This document shows, piece by piece, positions 18,866 to 27,798 of a stretch of 64,000 bases of DNA. The DNA is from Pseudomonadota bacterium (GTDB lineage Bacteria; Pseudomonadota; Gammaproteobacteria; Burkholderiales; JAJZUU01). The stretch covers positions 26,630 through 90,629 of the forward strand of contig JAJZUU010000002.1 of assembly GCA_021848325.1 (NCBI GenBank), given 5' to 3'. Under the pieces are notes generated by a model, which was not told where the DNA came from, did no database searches, and saw only the letters and a list, made by a program, of their open reading frames with translations. A program made the position numbers and the translations under genes. The stretch's first letter is position 1. The number at the start of each line of letters is the position of its first letter.

Positions 18866-20350
18866 CTAAAGGGCGTGGGGCGAGGCGTAGATCCCCGGGC
18901 GGAAGAGGTCCTTGCCGGACTTCGAGAACGCCGAGGCATAGGGGTCGATGGTGGCCTCCAGTTCCTCGCACCAGGACGGATGGCTGTAGCTCATGTCCTT
19001 GAAAAACCACATGCCGCGGGGTGATTGGCAGGCCGCCGACAGCATGTGGATCTGCTCCCCCGCCTCCGGGCCGACGATGCAGCCCCCCAGCAGTTGTCCG
19101 GTCTCGGCATCGTGCACCACCTCGATGAAACCCTCGTAATCGTGGTGCGCACGGGCCTTGCCGGAACCGCCGAAACTGGAGCGGGCCACGTCCGCGTCGA
19201 ATCCCGCCTCCTCGGCCTGGTCTTCGGTGAGCCCCACCGCGGCGATCTCCAGGGCGGAGTGGATAACGAACGGCACCTTGAAGTAGTTGATGGTCATCTG
19301 GTTGCCGTTGACCGCGTTGGCGGCGGCCACTTTGGCGTCGTGCAGGGCCGCATTCGCGGTCATCGGCCCGGCCTTCACGTCGCCGATGGCGTAGATGCCG
19401 GGGACGCTGGTCTCCAGATATTCCGAGGTCTGGATGAAGCCTTCCCGGGTCAGCACGACCCCCGCCTCCTCCAAGCCCAGACCGGCGGTGTAGGGACGTC
19501 TGCCGACCGCCACCAGCACCCGCTCGAAGCTCGCCCGGCTGCCGTCCGTGAAGGTCGCTTCCACCGAGCCGCCGTCCACCCGGCAACGCTCCACCGACAT
19601 GCCCTTGCTCACCTCGATGCCGATGCGCTTGAATTTCCTTTCCAGCAGGCCGCTGGCCCGCTCCGGGATGCGCGGCTGATCCAGCAGGCGCTCCCCCGCT
19701 TCCACGATGCGCACCTTGGCGCCGAACTGGTGCAGGAGGAACCCCAGTTCCACGCCGATGGCACCGCCGCCCACGCACAGCACGGAGGCCGGCAGATCCT
19801 CCAGCTTGAACATGAAATCCCGGGAATTGATAATCATCCGCCCGTCCGTCGGGCATCCCGGCAATTCCTTCGGCTCCGCGCCGGTGGCGACGATGATGCG
19901 CGACGCGTACAGTTCCACCGGACTTGAAAGTTCGTCCCCGGCCGCGCCGGCCCCCGACGGCGTGTCGGGATCGGGCGGGCAGGGCTGTACCCGGATGCGG
20001 CGCGCGTCGAGCAAGCGGGCCTCGCCGCGGATCAGATGCACCCCAAGGCGCTTCAGCCACACCCGGAAGTTGTCGCGGATGCCCCCGACCACTTCGTCCT
20101 TGTGCGCCATGGCGGCCCGGAAGTCGCCGTGCACCCGCCCCACCAGGCCGAGTCCCTGAAGTTCGTTGACATCCTCGATAAGCGAGGCCAAATGCAGCAG
20201 AGTCTTTTTCGGGATGCATCCCTGGTTCAAACAGGTGCCGCCGGCCAAGCCCCTTTCCACCAGGGCGACCCGCGCCCCGAGGTGGGCTGCCGTGATCGCG
20301 GCCTTATATCCGCCGGGACCGCTGCCAACGATTGCGACGTCGAACTTCAT
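18866..20350 (-). CDS. dihydrolipoyl-dehydrogenase-like pyridine nucleotide-disulfide oxidoreductase, last gene of the dsr transcription unit
   Basis: MKFDVAIVGSGPGGY FAD motif. Redox-active GGTCLNQGCIPKK. Second Rossmann VGGGAIGVELG. C-terminal SHPSWCEELE dimerisation/His-Glu region. Trimmed to ATG 20350, 26 nt after dsrR. Confidence 0.85.
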   Translation of the reverse strand: MKFDVAIVGSGPGGYKAAITAAHLGARVALVERGLAGGTCLNQGCIPKKTLLHLASLIEDVNELQGLGLVGRVHGDFRAAMAHKDEVVGGIRDNFRVWLKRLGVHLIRGEARLLDARRIRVQPCPPDPDTPSGAGAAGDELSSPVELYASRIIVATGAEPKELPGCPTDGRMIINSRDFMFKLEDLPASVLCVGGGAIGVELGFLLHQFGAKVRIVEAGERLLDQPRIPERASGLLERKFKRIGIEVSKGMSVERCRVDGGSVEATFTDGSRASFERVLVAVGRRPYTAGLGLEEAGVVLTREGFIQTSEYLETSVPGIYAIGDVKAGPMTANAALHDAKVAAANAVNGNQMTINYFKVPFVIHSALEIAAVGLTEDQAEEAGFDADVARSSFGGSGKARAHHDYEGFIEVVHDAETGQLLGGCIVGPEAGEQIHMLSAACQSPRGMWFFKDMSYSHPSWCEELEATIDPYASAFSKSGKDLFRPGIYASPHAL

Positions 20351-20376
20351 GACTTCATGAGGCCCCCATGGCGCTG

Positions 20377-20730
20377 CTACGTGCTGCAGCCTCCGCCGGA
20401 ACAGCCACTGCAGCCCCCACCCGACAGTTCCGGGCCGCATCCGGTATCATTCGGGTTGATGAAAATGAAGTTGAACTGCCCGGGCTCCAACTCCACGAAA
20501 TCGAGGGTCACGCCTTCCAGCAAATCCTCGCTGTGGGGCGACACCAGCACAATCACCCCCTCGGACATCACCTGGAGATCCCCCTCCCGCTCCTCGTCGA
20601 ATCCCATCGCGTAGGCCACCGATCCGTCGGGCTCGCGCTTGGCCGCAATGCGCAACCCGGACCCTTCGGCACCGCTCTGTATGGCCGCTTCGCGGATCTG
20701 TCTGGCTGCCTGGGCAGTTACGTTGACCAT
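20377..20730 (-). CDS. dsrR: IscA/HesB-like protein DsrR, with an unusual Cys/Gly-rich C-terminal tail
   Basis: MVNVTAQAARQIREA...LRIAAK...FIFINPN is the IscA fold pattern. Position directly after dsrN. Tail is TGCGPELSGGGCSGCSGGGCST. Confidence 0.75.
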   Translation of the reverse strand: MVNVTAQAARQIREAAIQSGAEGSGLRIAAKREPDGSVAYAMGFDEEREGDLQVMSEGVIVLVSPHSEDLLEGVTLDFVELEPGQFNFIFINPNDTGCGPELSGGGCSGCSGGGCST

Positions 20731-20765
20731 CTGTCTCTCCTCGCTCTTCGTGTAAACGCCGCCGG

Positions 20766-22175
20766 CTACGGTTTCGCCAGTCGCGCCATTCGGGCCGCAT
20801 CACCCGCAGTCGCCGCCCTGTCCCGCACGAAGGCCACGAACCGGCCGGCCCAATCATAGCCGCCCACGCTGCGCAGGTGGGTGTAGGATGCGAGCAGGTT
20901 CTTGTACACGATACCGTCGTGCCGGCCGTCGATGCCGTGCCCGCGCACCACCTCATAGGCGAATTCCACGCCCTCCGGCAGATTTTCCAGGCTCGAATAA
21001 TGAAACTCGTGGGCGCGCCACTCGGTGCGGCCACCCTGCCAGGGGCTTCTGCCGGTTTCCTTCAAGCGCACGTAGCCGCGCCCCACAGGCTTCTCGTGCA
21101 TCACCACGTCGCCCGGGATGATGCCGACCATATCGCGGGTCTGGCCATGCCAGGTCATGGTGCGGGCGAGATACATCAGCCCTCCGCACTCCGCGTAAAC
21201 CGGAAGCCCTGCCTCCACCGCGCTGCGTATCTCGCCCCGCAACGAAACGTTCGCCTCCAGTTCCGCCATGAAAAGCTCCGGGAAGCCGCCGCCGATGACC
21301 AACCCGTCCACCTCGGGCAGGTGCGGGTCCGTCAGCGCATCCACGGGCACCAGCTCCGCGCCGGCCGCCCGCAGCGCGTCGATATCGTCCGCGTAGTAGA
21401 AGCCGAACGCCTTGTCGCGCACCAGCCCGATGCGCACCCTTTGCCCCGGCCTGGAATTTGCCACCGCCGCTGCCCGGTTCCAGGCCAGCGGCGGCGCCGC
21501 CTCCGCGGCCTGCAACAGTTTGTCCAGGTCCACCTGCGCGCCCACCAGCGCTCCGAACTCCGCCACCTGGCGCGTCGCCACCTCGGACTCGTTGCTGGGC
21601 ATGAGGCCCAGATGCCGCTCCACGATGCGCAGCCGGGGATCATAGTGGACGGCTCCCAACACCGGAACGTCCGTGTAATGCTCGATTACCGCACGCAGCT
21701 TGCCCTCGTGGCGCGATCCCCCGAGGTTGTTGAGGATCACCCCGGCAATGCAAATATTGCGATCGAAGGCCTGATAACCCAGGATCAGCGGGGCGATGCC
21801 GCGGGTCATTCCGCGCGCGTCTATCACCAGGACTACCGGTGCCCCCAGCAATTCTGCCAGCGCCGCGTTGCTGCTGCTGCCGTCCAGTTCCAGCCCGTCG
21901 TACAGCCCCTTGTTGCCTTCCACCAGGCTAACGTCCGCCGACTCCGCGTAGCGGCCGAACAGGTCCCGGATCGCTTCCCGCTCCATCAGGTAGAAATCCA
22001 GATTCCGGCAGGGCCGCCCGCTGGCCAGCGTCAGCCACATGGGATCGATGTAGTCCGGCCCCTTTTTGAAAGGCTGCACTACCCGGCCGCGCGCCCTGAG
22101 CGCCGCGCACAGCCCGATGCTGATGGTGGTCTTACCGGATGACTTATGAGCTGCGGAAATAAGAAAACGTGACAT
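20766..22175 (-). CDS. dsrN: cobyrinic acid a,c-diamide synthase homolog DsrN (siroheme amidase)
   Basis: SAAHKSSGKTTISIGL P-loop. CobB/CbiA body. C-terminal glutamine amidotransferase YAECGGLMYL. Located within the dsr cluster. Confidence 0.85.
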   Translation of the reverse strand: MSRFLISAAHKSSGKTTISIGLCAALRARGRVVQPFKKGPDYIDPMWLTLASGRPCRNLDFYLMEREAIRDLFGRYAESADVSLVEGNKGLYDGLELDGSSSNAALAELLGAPVVLVIDARGMTRGIAPLILGYQAFDRNICIAGVILNNLGGSRHEGKLRAVIEHYTDVPVLGAVHYDPRLRIVERHLGLMPSNESEVATRQVAEFGALVGAQVDLDKLLQAAEAAPPLAWNRAAAVANSRPGQRVRIGLVRDKAFGFYYADDIDALRAAGAELVPVDALTDPHLPEVDGLVIGGGFPELFMAELEANVSLRGEIRSAVEAGLPVYAECGGLMYLARTMTWHGQTRDMVGIIPGDVVMHEKPVGRGYVRLKETGRSPWQGGRTEWRAHEFHYSSLENLPEGVEFAYEVVRGHGIDGRHDGIVYKNLLASYTHLRSVGGYDWAGRFVAFVRDRAATAGDAARMARLAKP

Positions 22176-22226
22176 GCGGAAGTGAGAAGAGAAAGGGAGG
22201 TCGGGGGACGGGCCGACAGGCGCCCC

Positions 22227-23228
22227 TCAGGCGGCGTCGAGACGCCCGGCGGCGCGCTTGTTCCAGAGTCGGGACGCGAGTTCCTGCGCCGCATCGATGG
22301 AGGTCGCCTTCCCCAGCGCCTTCAACGCAATCGCCGCGGTGCCGATAACGGCTGCGGTACCGTATTCATCCTCGCCCGCACCGTTCCACAGCGCCTTCAG
22401 GCGGCTCACATCCATGGTTTCGTCCTTGAGATGCCGCGGGCCGCCGAACATTGCCGGCCATTCCTCGTTCTCCAGGACGCCGTTATGCACGCTCTGGACC
22501 AGGCAAGGCGCGTCGGGATTGCGCTCGATCTCGCCGCCCTCCCCTTTCAGTACCGCCATGTGGGGCTGTTTGAGAAGCAGCCCGGTTTCCTGGTGGAGAT
22601 TGCGATAGCCCGGATGGAATATCCCTTGCAGCATTACGGGTGCCCCGAACGGATTGATCATCCGTGCCAGGGTATGTACCGGCGAGCGCAGGCCCAGCAA
22701 CGGCCGTAGTTCCATGATTTCGCTAAGCAGGGGACTGATGTTGCCCAGGCTGATGTAGGCAAATCCCCGTTCCGTGATGCGCGTCGCAGCCTCCTCCAGC
22801 GAGCGGCACTCCTTGATGCCCAGTGCCGCCAGCGCTTCCGGGGTATATACCCGGCCGTCCTTGCGCCCCCCGCTACCGTGCATGAGTACGGGAATGCCCG
22901 CATCCGCAAGAAGCAGGGCGGACAGCAGGAACCACGGCAACTGCCGCTTCTTTCCGGCGTAGGTGGACCAGTCCAGCCGAACCTCCGGGCAGTGGGCCGG
23001 TCGCTTGAGGAATTCCCGGGTCGCCAGCACGAACCCTGCCAACTCCTCCGGCGTCTCTTCCTTCACCCGCATCAACATCAGGAAGGCACCCAATTGAATT
23101 GGCTGCACCTGCTGCGCCAGAATCATCTTCATGGCATCGTAGGCCTCGGCTTGAGTCAGCGCGCGAGCGCCCTGCTTGCCCTTTCCGAGGATGCGGATGT
23201 ATTGCGCGAACGGATGTTCTTCAGCCAC
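22227..23228 (-). CDS. glycosyltransferase family 3 / TrpD2-like (anthranilate phosphoribosyltransferase fold) protein inserted between dsrP and dsrN
   Basis: N-terminal helical domain LTQAEAYDAMKMILAQQVQPIQLGAFLMLMRVKEETPEELAGF. Core aligns by eye with TrpD (VLMHGSGGR...GFAYISL...LGLRSPVHTLARMINP). The PRPP-binding GTGGD position reads YAGKK. GTG start. Confidence 0.7.
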   Translation of the reverse strand: MAEEHPFAQYIRILGKGKQGARALTQAEAYDAMKMILAQQVQPIQLGAFLMLMRVKEETPEELAGFVLATREFLKRPAHCPEVRLDWSTYAGKKRQLPWFLLSALLLADAGIPVLMHGSGGRKDGRVYTPEALAALGIKECRSLEEAATRITERGFAYISLGNISPLLSEIMELRPLLGLRSPVHTLARMINPFGAPVMLQGIFHPGYRNLHQETGLLLKQPHMAVLKGEGGEIERNPDAPCLVQSVHNGVLENEEWPAMFGGPRHLKDETMDVSRLKALWNGAGEDEYGTAAVIGTAAIALKALGKATSIDAAQELASRLWNKRAAGRLDAA

Positions 23229-23250
23229 GGGACGCTATCTCGTTACGTTA

Positions 23251-24480
23251 TCAAGCCGGCTTAGCCACCGCCTTGGCGCCGTGGTGCACATCCACCACAT
23301 CGTCCCCAAGGCTGTCCGGCAAGAGCCGCAGGACCTTGATCGCGAACACCACGATGAGCCCGGCGATAGCCACACCCCCCAGGCCAAGGAACACCTCCGG
23401 CACGCTGGCATGATAGCTGTGGATGACTCCATCGTAGAAGCTGCTGGACTGCTGCATTCCGGGGAACAGGTCCAGCGGCCACGCCTGCCCTCCGACGATG
23501 GTGACGTACATCTGCGCCAAGCCGCCCAGGATCACCAGCACCGACGCGAGGGCGATGGATCGCCGGGACTTGCCCGCGCTAGGATGAAACAGGATCACCA
23601 GCGGCAGCACACTGCCCAGCAAAATCTGCCCGATCCAGAACACCTGGGTGTTGACCCCGCCATCCACCAGGATAAAGTGCTCGGCCGCACGGTGCTCCGC
23701 ATAATACAGATTGGTCATATGGTACACCGCCACGAAATACAGCACTGCCGCCACAAATACCGCCAACAGGCCCTTGAGCCGCAGCAGCACGCCGTCGCCG
23801 AGGGGGCGGCCGGTCCAGCCGTAGGCCGCCATGAGCACCAGAATATAGATCGCGAGCCCGTAGGAGAACGACATGATGATGAACATCGGCGCAAACAGCG
23901 CCGAGTCGTACAACGCCCGCGCCACCAGAAAGCCGAAGATGGAGCCGGTACCGGTGGTAAGCAACAGACGCCAGATAAAAGCCGCCACGCCGGCCGCCTT
24001 GGTATAGGGCTTCATGCGCTGTTCCATCTGGGCCCACAGGTAAATCGCCACGAGGCCCACAAAGCCGCTGTAGAGAAACACGTTCCAGGCAAAAACCGAC
24101 CTGAAATTATAGTGCGTCATCGCCACAATTACCCGATCGGCGCGCCCCAGGTCCAGCATCAGAACGGTCAGCCCGCCCGCCAGCAAGGCGACGGACAGCA
24201 CCCCGGAAAGCGGCGCCAGCGGCTTGTACATGGACTTGCCGAACACCGATCCGATGGAAGCCACGTTAAGCGCTCCGGAGGCGGCCACAATGAGAAACAC
24301 CGCGAACACATGAGGTATTCCCCACACCACCTGATTGGTCATGCCGGTAACGTGATGGCCATTCGTCTCCATGTAATGGGCGGCGAGCAGCCCCAACAGG
24401 GTAAACAGCGCCAGCCCGGCCAGCAGCACATAATACCCGACGCTTTTTCCCTCTATTTCCCTAAAAACCATATTTTTCAT
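23251..24480 (-). CDS. dsrP: DsrP, NrfD/PsrC-like integral membrane quinone-interacting subunit
   Basis: About 10 hydrophobic helices. NrfD-like MKNMVFREIEGKSVGYYVLLAGL. Follows dsrO. Confidence 0.85.
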   Translation of the reverse strand: MKNMVFREIEGKSVGYYVLLAGLALFTLLGLLAAHYMETNGHHVTGMTNQVVWGIPHVFAVFLIVAASGALNVASIGSVFGKSMYKPLAPLSGVLSVALLAGGLTVLMLDLGRADRVIVAMTHYNFRSVFAWNVFLYSGFVGLVAIYLWAQMEQRMKPYTKAAGVAAFIWRLLLTTGTGSIFGFLVARALYDSALFAPMFIIMSFSYGLAIYILVLMAAYGWTGRPLGDGVLLRLKGLLAVFVAAVLYFVAVYHMTNLYYAEHRAAEHFILVDGGVNTQVFWIGQILLGSVLPLVILFHPSAGKSRRSIALASVLVILGGLAQMYVTIVGGQAWPLDLFPGMQQSSSFYDGVIHSYHASVPEVFLGLGGVAIAGLIVVFAIKVLRLLPDSLGDDVVDVHHGAKAVAKPA

Positions 24481-24484
24481 CGTC

Positions 24485-25219
24485 TCAGACCCCCTGGTAG
24501 CGCACACCGGTGTCCAGCCCCAGGTCGGCCCGGACTTGCTTCGTGGTGTATTCGGCTATCCGCTTGGAAATGTCGCTGTTCGGATCGTTCAGGTCACCGA
24601 AGATGATGGCTTCGTGTCCGGCGGCCGCGCAGGCATCCACACACGCCGGCTTCAACCCCGCATCGACACGCTCCACGCACATCGTGCACGCCTCCACCGT
24701 ACCGATGCCCCGCGGCCGTCCCGGCTTTTGGTCGGTAACCGGGTGCGCCACAAATGAGCGCGCCTTGTACGGGCAGGCCATCATGCAGTAGCGGCAGCCG
24801 ATGCAAATGTGACGGTCCACCAGTACGATGCCGTCGGCACGTTTGAACGACGCGCCGGTCGGGCATACGTCCGTGCACGGCGGGTTACCGCAGTGCTGGC
24901 ACATCATCGGCAAGGACATCACCCGCCCGCTGTGCGTGTCCTTGAGATCCATCTTCCGGATCCACTGCGAGTCGTCCGGTCCGGTCCCACCGGACAATCC
25001 ATTCTCCTTGTTGCACGCGGTCACACAGTCGCTGCAACCGCTATGGCACTGGTTCGCGTCAATCAGCATGCCCCACCGCACCTTGCTCGATACGGGCTGA
25101 TCATCGGGCTTCCCGTGCGCCAGGTCGATCAGCGTCACCCCGGGCGCTATGGCCAAACCCGCCATCGCCGCGGTGCCCCATCCCAAAAACTGCCTCCGGC
25201 TTGTGTTCACCTCGCTCAT
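24485..25219 (-). CDS. dsrO: DsrO, Tat-exported 4x[4Fe-4S] ferredoxin-like subunit
   Basis: SRRQFLGWG twin-arginine signal. Several CxxCxxCxxxCP clusters. ATGA overlap with the dsrJ stop. Confidence 0.85.
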   Translation of the reverse strand: MSEVNTSRRQFLGWGTAAMAGLAIAPGVTLIDLAHGKPDDQPVSSKVRWGMLIDANQCHSGCSDCVTACNKENGLSGGTGPDDSQWIRKMDLKDTHSGRVMSLPMMCQHCGNPPCTDVCPTGASFKRADGIVLVDRHICIGCRYCMMACPYKARSFVAHPVTDQKPGRPRGIGTVEACTMCVERVDAGLKPACVDACAAAGHEAIIFGDLNDPNSDISKRIAEYTTKQVRADLGLDTGVRYQGV

Positions 25220-25776
25220 CTGCTCTCTCCGCCAGGATTCTTGTTGGCTGTGGCTGCTAGGCCGTTGCGCATGTGCTGTTGCATGGAGAGGGCCAACCCT
25301 TGGTCCGCACTCGCCGGCCCCGCCTTCGCCCCGGACGGCACGATTGGATGAAACACCGCGCCCGCCGTAGCCTCCGGCTTGCTTGAGTGGCACTCGAAGC
25401 AGTCCACCTTCACCGCCGCGTAACTGTGGCAGGCCTGGCAGAAGTTTTCCTTGGTACCCAGGACGCTGTTGTTTTTACGGCTGGCATGACAGTCGATGCA
25501 GTTTGTGAGGCTGTACCGCTTGGTGCGGATCCCTTCATGCACGGTTTCGTCACGGTGACGCAACAGTACATCCATGTGGTGCTTGCGCATGTACTCCGTA
25601 TCCGCCACGCACTTGCCGGGATTCGCGATCTCCGGATGCGGCAGCGGTACCCGCGAGGTCTCCTGTTCGCCCCCCGAGGCGGTCGCCGTCAACGCGACCG
25701 CCAGCAGGGAGGCCCCCAATATGGCGAAGCCCCACAGGCTCCCCCTCTTGACAAGGCCGCGTCTCACGTCACTCAC
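25216..25776 (-). CDS. dsrJ: DsrJ, periplasmic triheme cytochrome c
   Basis: Three CxxCH motifs (CIDCH, CQACH, CFECH). Hydrophobic N-terminus. GTG start in GTGAGTGA overlapping the dsrL stop; alternative GTG at 25767. Confidence 0.8.
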   Translation of the reverse strand: MSDVRRGLVKRGSLWGFAILGASLLAVALTATASGGEQETSRVPLPHPEIANPGKCVADTEYMRKHHMDVLLRHRDETVHEGIRTKRYSLTNCIDCHASRKNNSVLGTKENFCQACHSYAAVKVDCFECHSSKPEATAGAVFHPIVPSGAKAGPASADQGLALSMQQHMRNGLAATANKNPGGESR

Positions 25777-27718
25777 CCATACCCATTTGAATGTAGCCGG
25801 TCGGACAGACATCGGCGCAGATGTGGCAGCCGATGCACAAGTCATACTCGGTATACACGTAGCGCCCCATGGTGGATTGCGACTTCGGGGTCTTCTTCAC
25901 GGCGGTCTGCGGGCAGTAGATCACGCAGTTGTCGCACTCGAAGCACAGGCCGCAGCTCATGCAGCGCTTGGCCTCGGCCACCACTTCCTGCTCCGACAAG
26001 GCTTCAAGCCGCTCCTCGAAGTTGCCCAGAGCCTGTTCCGCGGTGAGCTGCACCATGTTCCGCTGGTGGCGCGGGGTAAACGTGAAGTGCCCCAGGAACA
26101 GGTCCGTGGACGGGATGATGTACTTGTCCGAGCGATTCTCGAAGTTGTGCAGGCCCACGTTGCTCGAGTCGGTGCCGCGAATCGGCTCCTGCGGCGCGAC
26201 GAACTCGGTACCGCGTTCCGCCATCTGGCGCACCAAATCGAAATAATGCACGTCGATCTTGGGGCGACGCTCCAGTTCTTCACCCTGCAGGAAGCGCTCG
26301 ATCCCTTCGGCCGCAATGGCGCCATGCCCGATGGCGGTGGTCAGCAGGTGCGGACGCAGCACGTCGCCGCCCACGAAAACACCCTTCTTGCCGGGAACCT
26401 GGTAATTCTTGTCGGCGCTCATCAGGCCCTGGCCGTTGTCGAACTCCTCCAACCCGGTGAAGTCCACCGCCTGACCGATGGCCGCCACGACCAGATCGGC
26501 CTCGATGTCGAATTCCGTGCCTTCCTTCACCACCTGTTTGCCGCCAACCGTTTCCAGTTCGGCCACGCGCAGGGCGGTCGCGCGACCGTCCGGCCCTACC
26601 ACCACGCTCACCGGGGTCACTCCGCCGCGAATTTCGATGCCCTCCGCCAGCGCCTCATCGATTTCGTGTTTGTTGGCATTCATCTTGTCGATGGTGGCGC
26701 GGGAGATCAGGACCACCTCTGCCCCTTGCCGTGCCGAGACGCTCGCCACGTCGTGGGCCATCGCCCCCTGGATCACGAATTCGGGACGATCCTTCTCGTG
26801 CACCTGGGTGATCGCACCCAGGCGGCGTGCCACCGTTGCCACGTCAATGGAGGTGTCGCCACCGCCGATGACCACCACCCGATTGCCGACATGGCGCAGA
26901 CGCCCGTCATTGAAGGCGCGCAGGAACGCCATCGCGGTCACGCAGTTGGGGGCCTCCGCACCGGGCACCGGCAACGGGCGGCCGCCCTGGGCGCCCAGGC
27001 CCATGAACACCGCGTCGTAGTCCTTCTTCAACTGCTCCATGCCAATGTCGCGCCCGATCCGCACGCCCAGCTTGGCCTCGACCCCGAGGTCCAGGATGCG
27101 CTGGATTTCTGCATCGAGCACCTCGCGCGGGGTACGAAAGCCCGGGATGCCGTAACGCATCATGCCGCCCAGCTTCTCGTGTTCGTCGAAGATGGTGCAG
27201 GAGTGGCCCTTCAGGGCAAGCTGATAGGCGCAGGACAGACCGGCCGGCCCGCCGCCCACGATGGCGACCTTCTTGCCTGTCTGTTTCTCCGGCTTGGCGA
27301 AGGCAAGCTTGTTCTGGATAGCGTACTCGCCGATGAAGTGCTCCACCGAGTTGATGCCCACCTTGTCTTCCACCTGGTTACGGTTACAGCCGCTTTCGCA
27401 CGGCGCCGGGCACACCCGACCCATCACGGACGGAAAAGGATTGGCCTCGGTCAGACGGCGGAAGGCGTACTCCTGCCAGGTCATGCCCGCCTTGGGCTTG
27501 TCGACGCCCCGCACGATGTCCAGGTAGCCGCGAATGTCCTCCCCTGCCGGGCAGCTCCCTTGGCAAGGCGGGGTGCTCAGCACATACTCGGGGCACTTGT
27601 GGGTATAACTGGCCTGGAAGATCTTTTTCTGCCAGGGAAGAGGTGCGTCATCACCATCCTTATACCGGCGGAAGGTCAGGTCGGTAGGCTTTTTCATTTC
27701 GTCTGACGTAACGGACAT
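25769..27718 (-). CDS. dsrL: DsrL, GltD-like NAD(P)H:acceptor oxidoreductase with C-terminal ferredoxin domain
   Basis: VAIVGGGPAGLSCAY. N-terminal Cys cluster CQGSCPAGE...CPAPCESGC. C-terminal CMSCGLCFECDNC and CIGCHICADVC. GGAG lies 8 nt before ATG 27718. Confidence 0.9.
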   Translation of the reverse strand: MSVTSDEMKKPTDLTFRRYKDGDDAPLPWQKKIFQASYTHKCPEYVLSTPPCQGSCPAGEDIRGYLDIVRGVDKPKAGMTWQEYAFRRLTEANPFPSVMGRVCPAPCESGCNRNQVEDKVGINSVEHFIGEYAIQNKLAFAKPEKQTGKKVAIVGGGPAGLSCAYQLALKGHSCTIFDEHEKLGGMMRYGIPGFRTPREVLDAEIQRILDLGVEAKLGVRIGRDIGMEQLKKDYDAVFMGLGAQGGRPLPVPGAEAPNCVTAMAFLRAFNDGRLRHVGNRVVVIGGGDTSIDVATVARRLGAITQVHEKDRPEFVIQGAMAHDVASVSARQGAEVVLISRATIDKMNANKHEIDEALAEGIEIRGGVTPVSVVVGPDGRATALRVAELETVGGKQVVKEGTEFDIEADLVVAAIGQAVDFTGLEEFDNGQGLMSADKNYQVPGKKGVFVGGDVLRPHLLTTAIGHGAIAAEGIERFLQGEELERRPKIDVHYFDLVRQMAERGTEFVAPQEPIRGTDSSNVGLHNFENRSDKYIIPSTDLFLGHFTFTPRHQRNMVQLTAEQALGNFEERLEALSEQEVVAEAKRCMSCGLCFECDNCVIYCPQTAVKKTPKSQSTMGRYVYTEYDLCIGCHICADVCPTGYIQMGMGE

Positions 27719-27798
27719 CTCTATCACTCCTTCGAAGCTGAATCTCTAAATTCGGATCGCGCCCTTGGCGCCCTCGTTCACATCACCAGTTATTGTGA

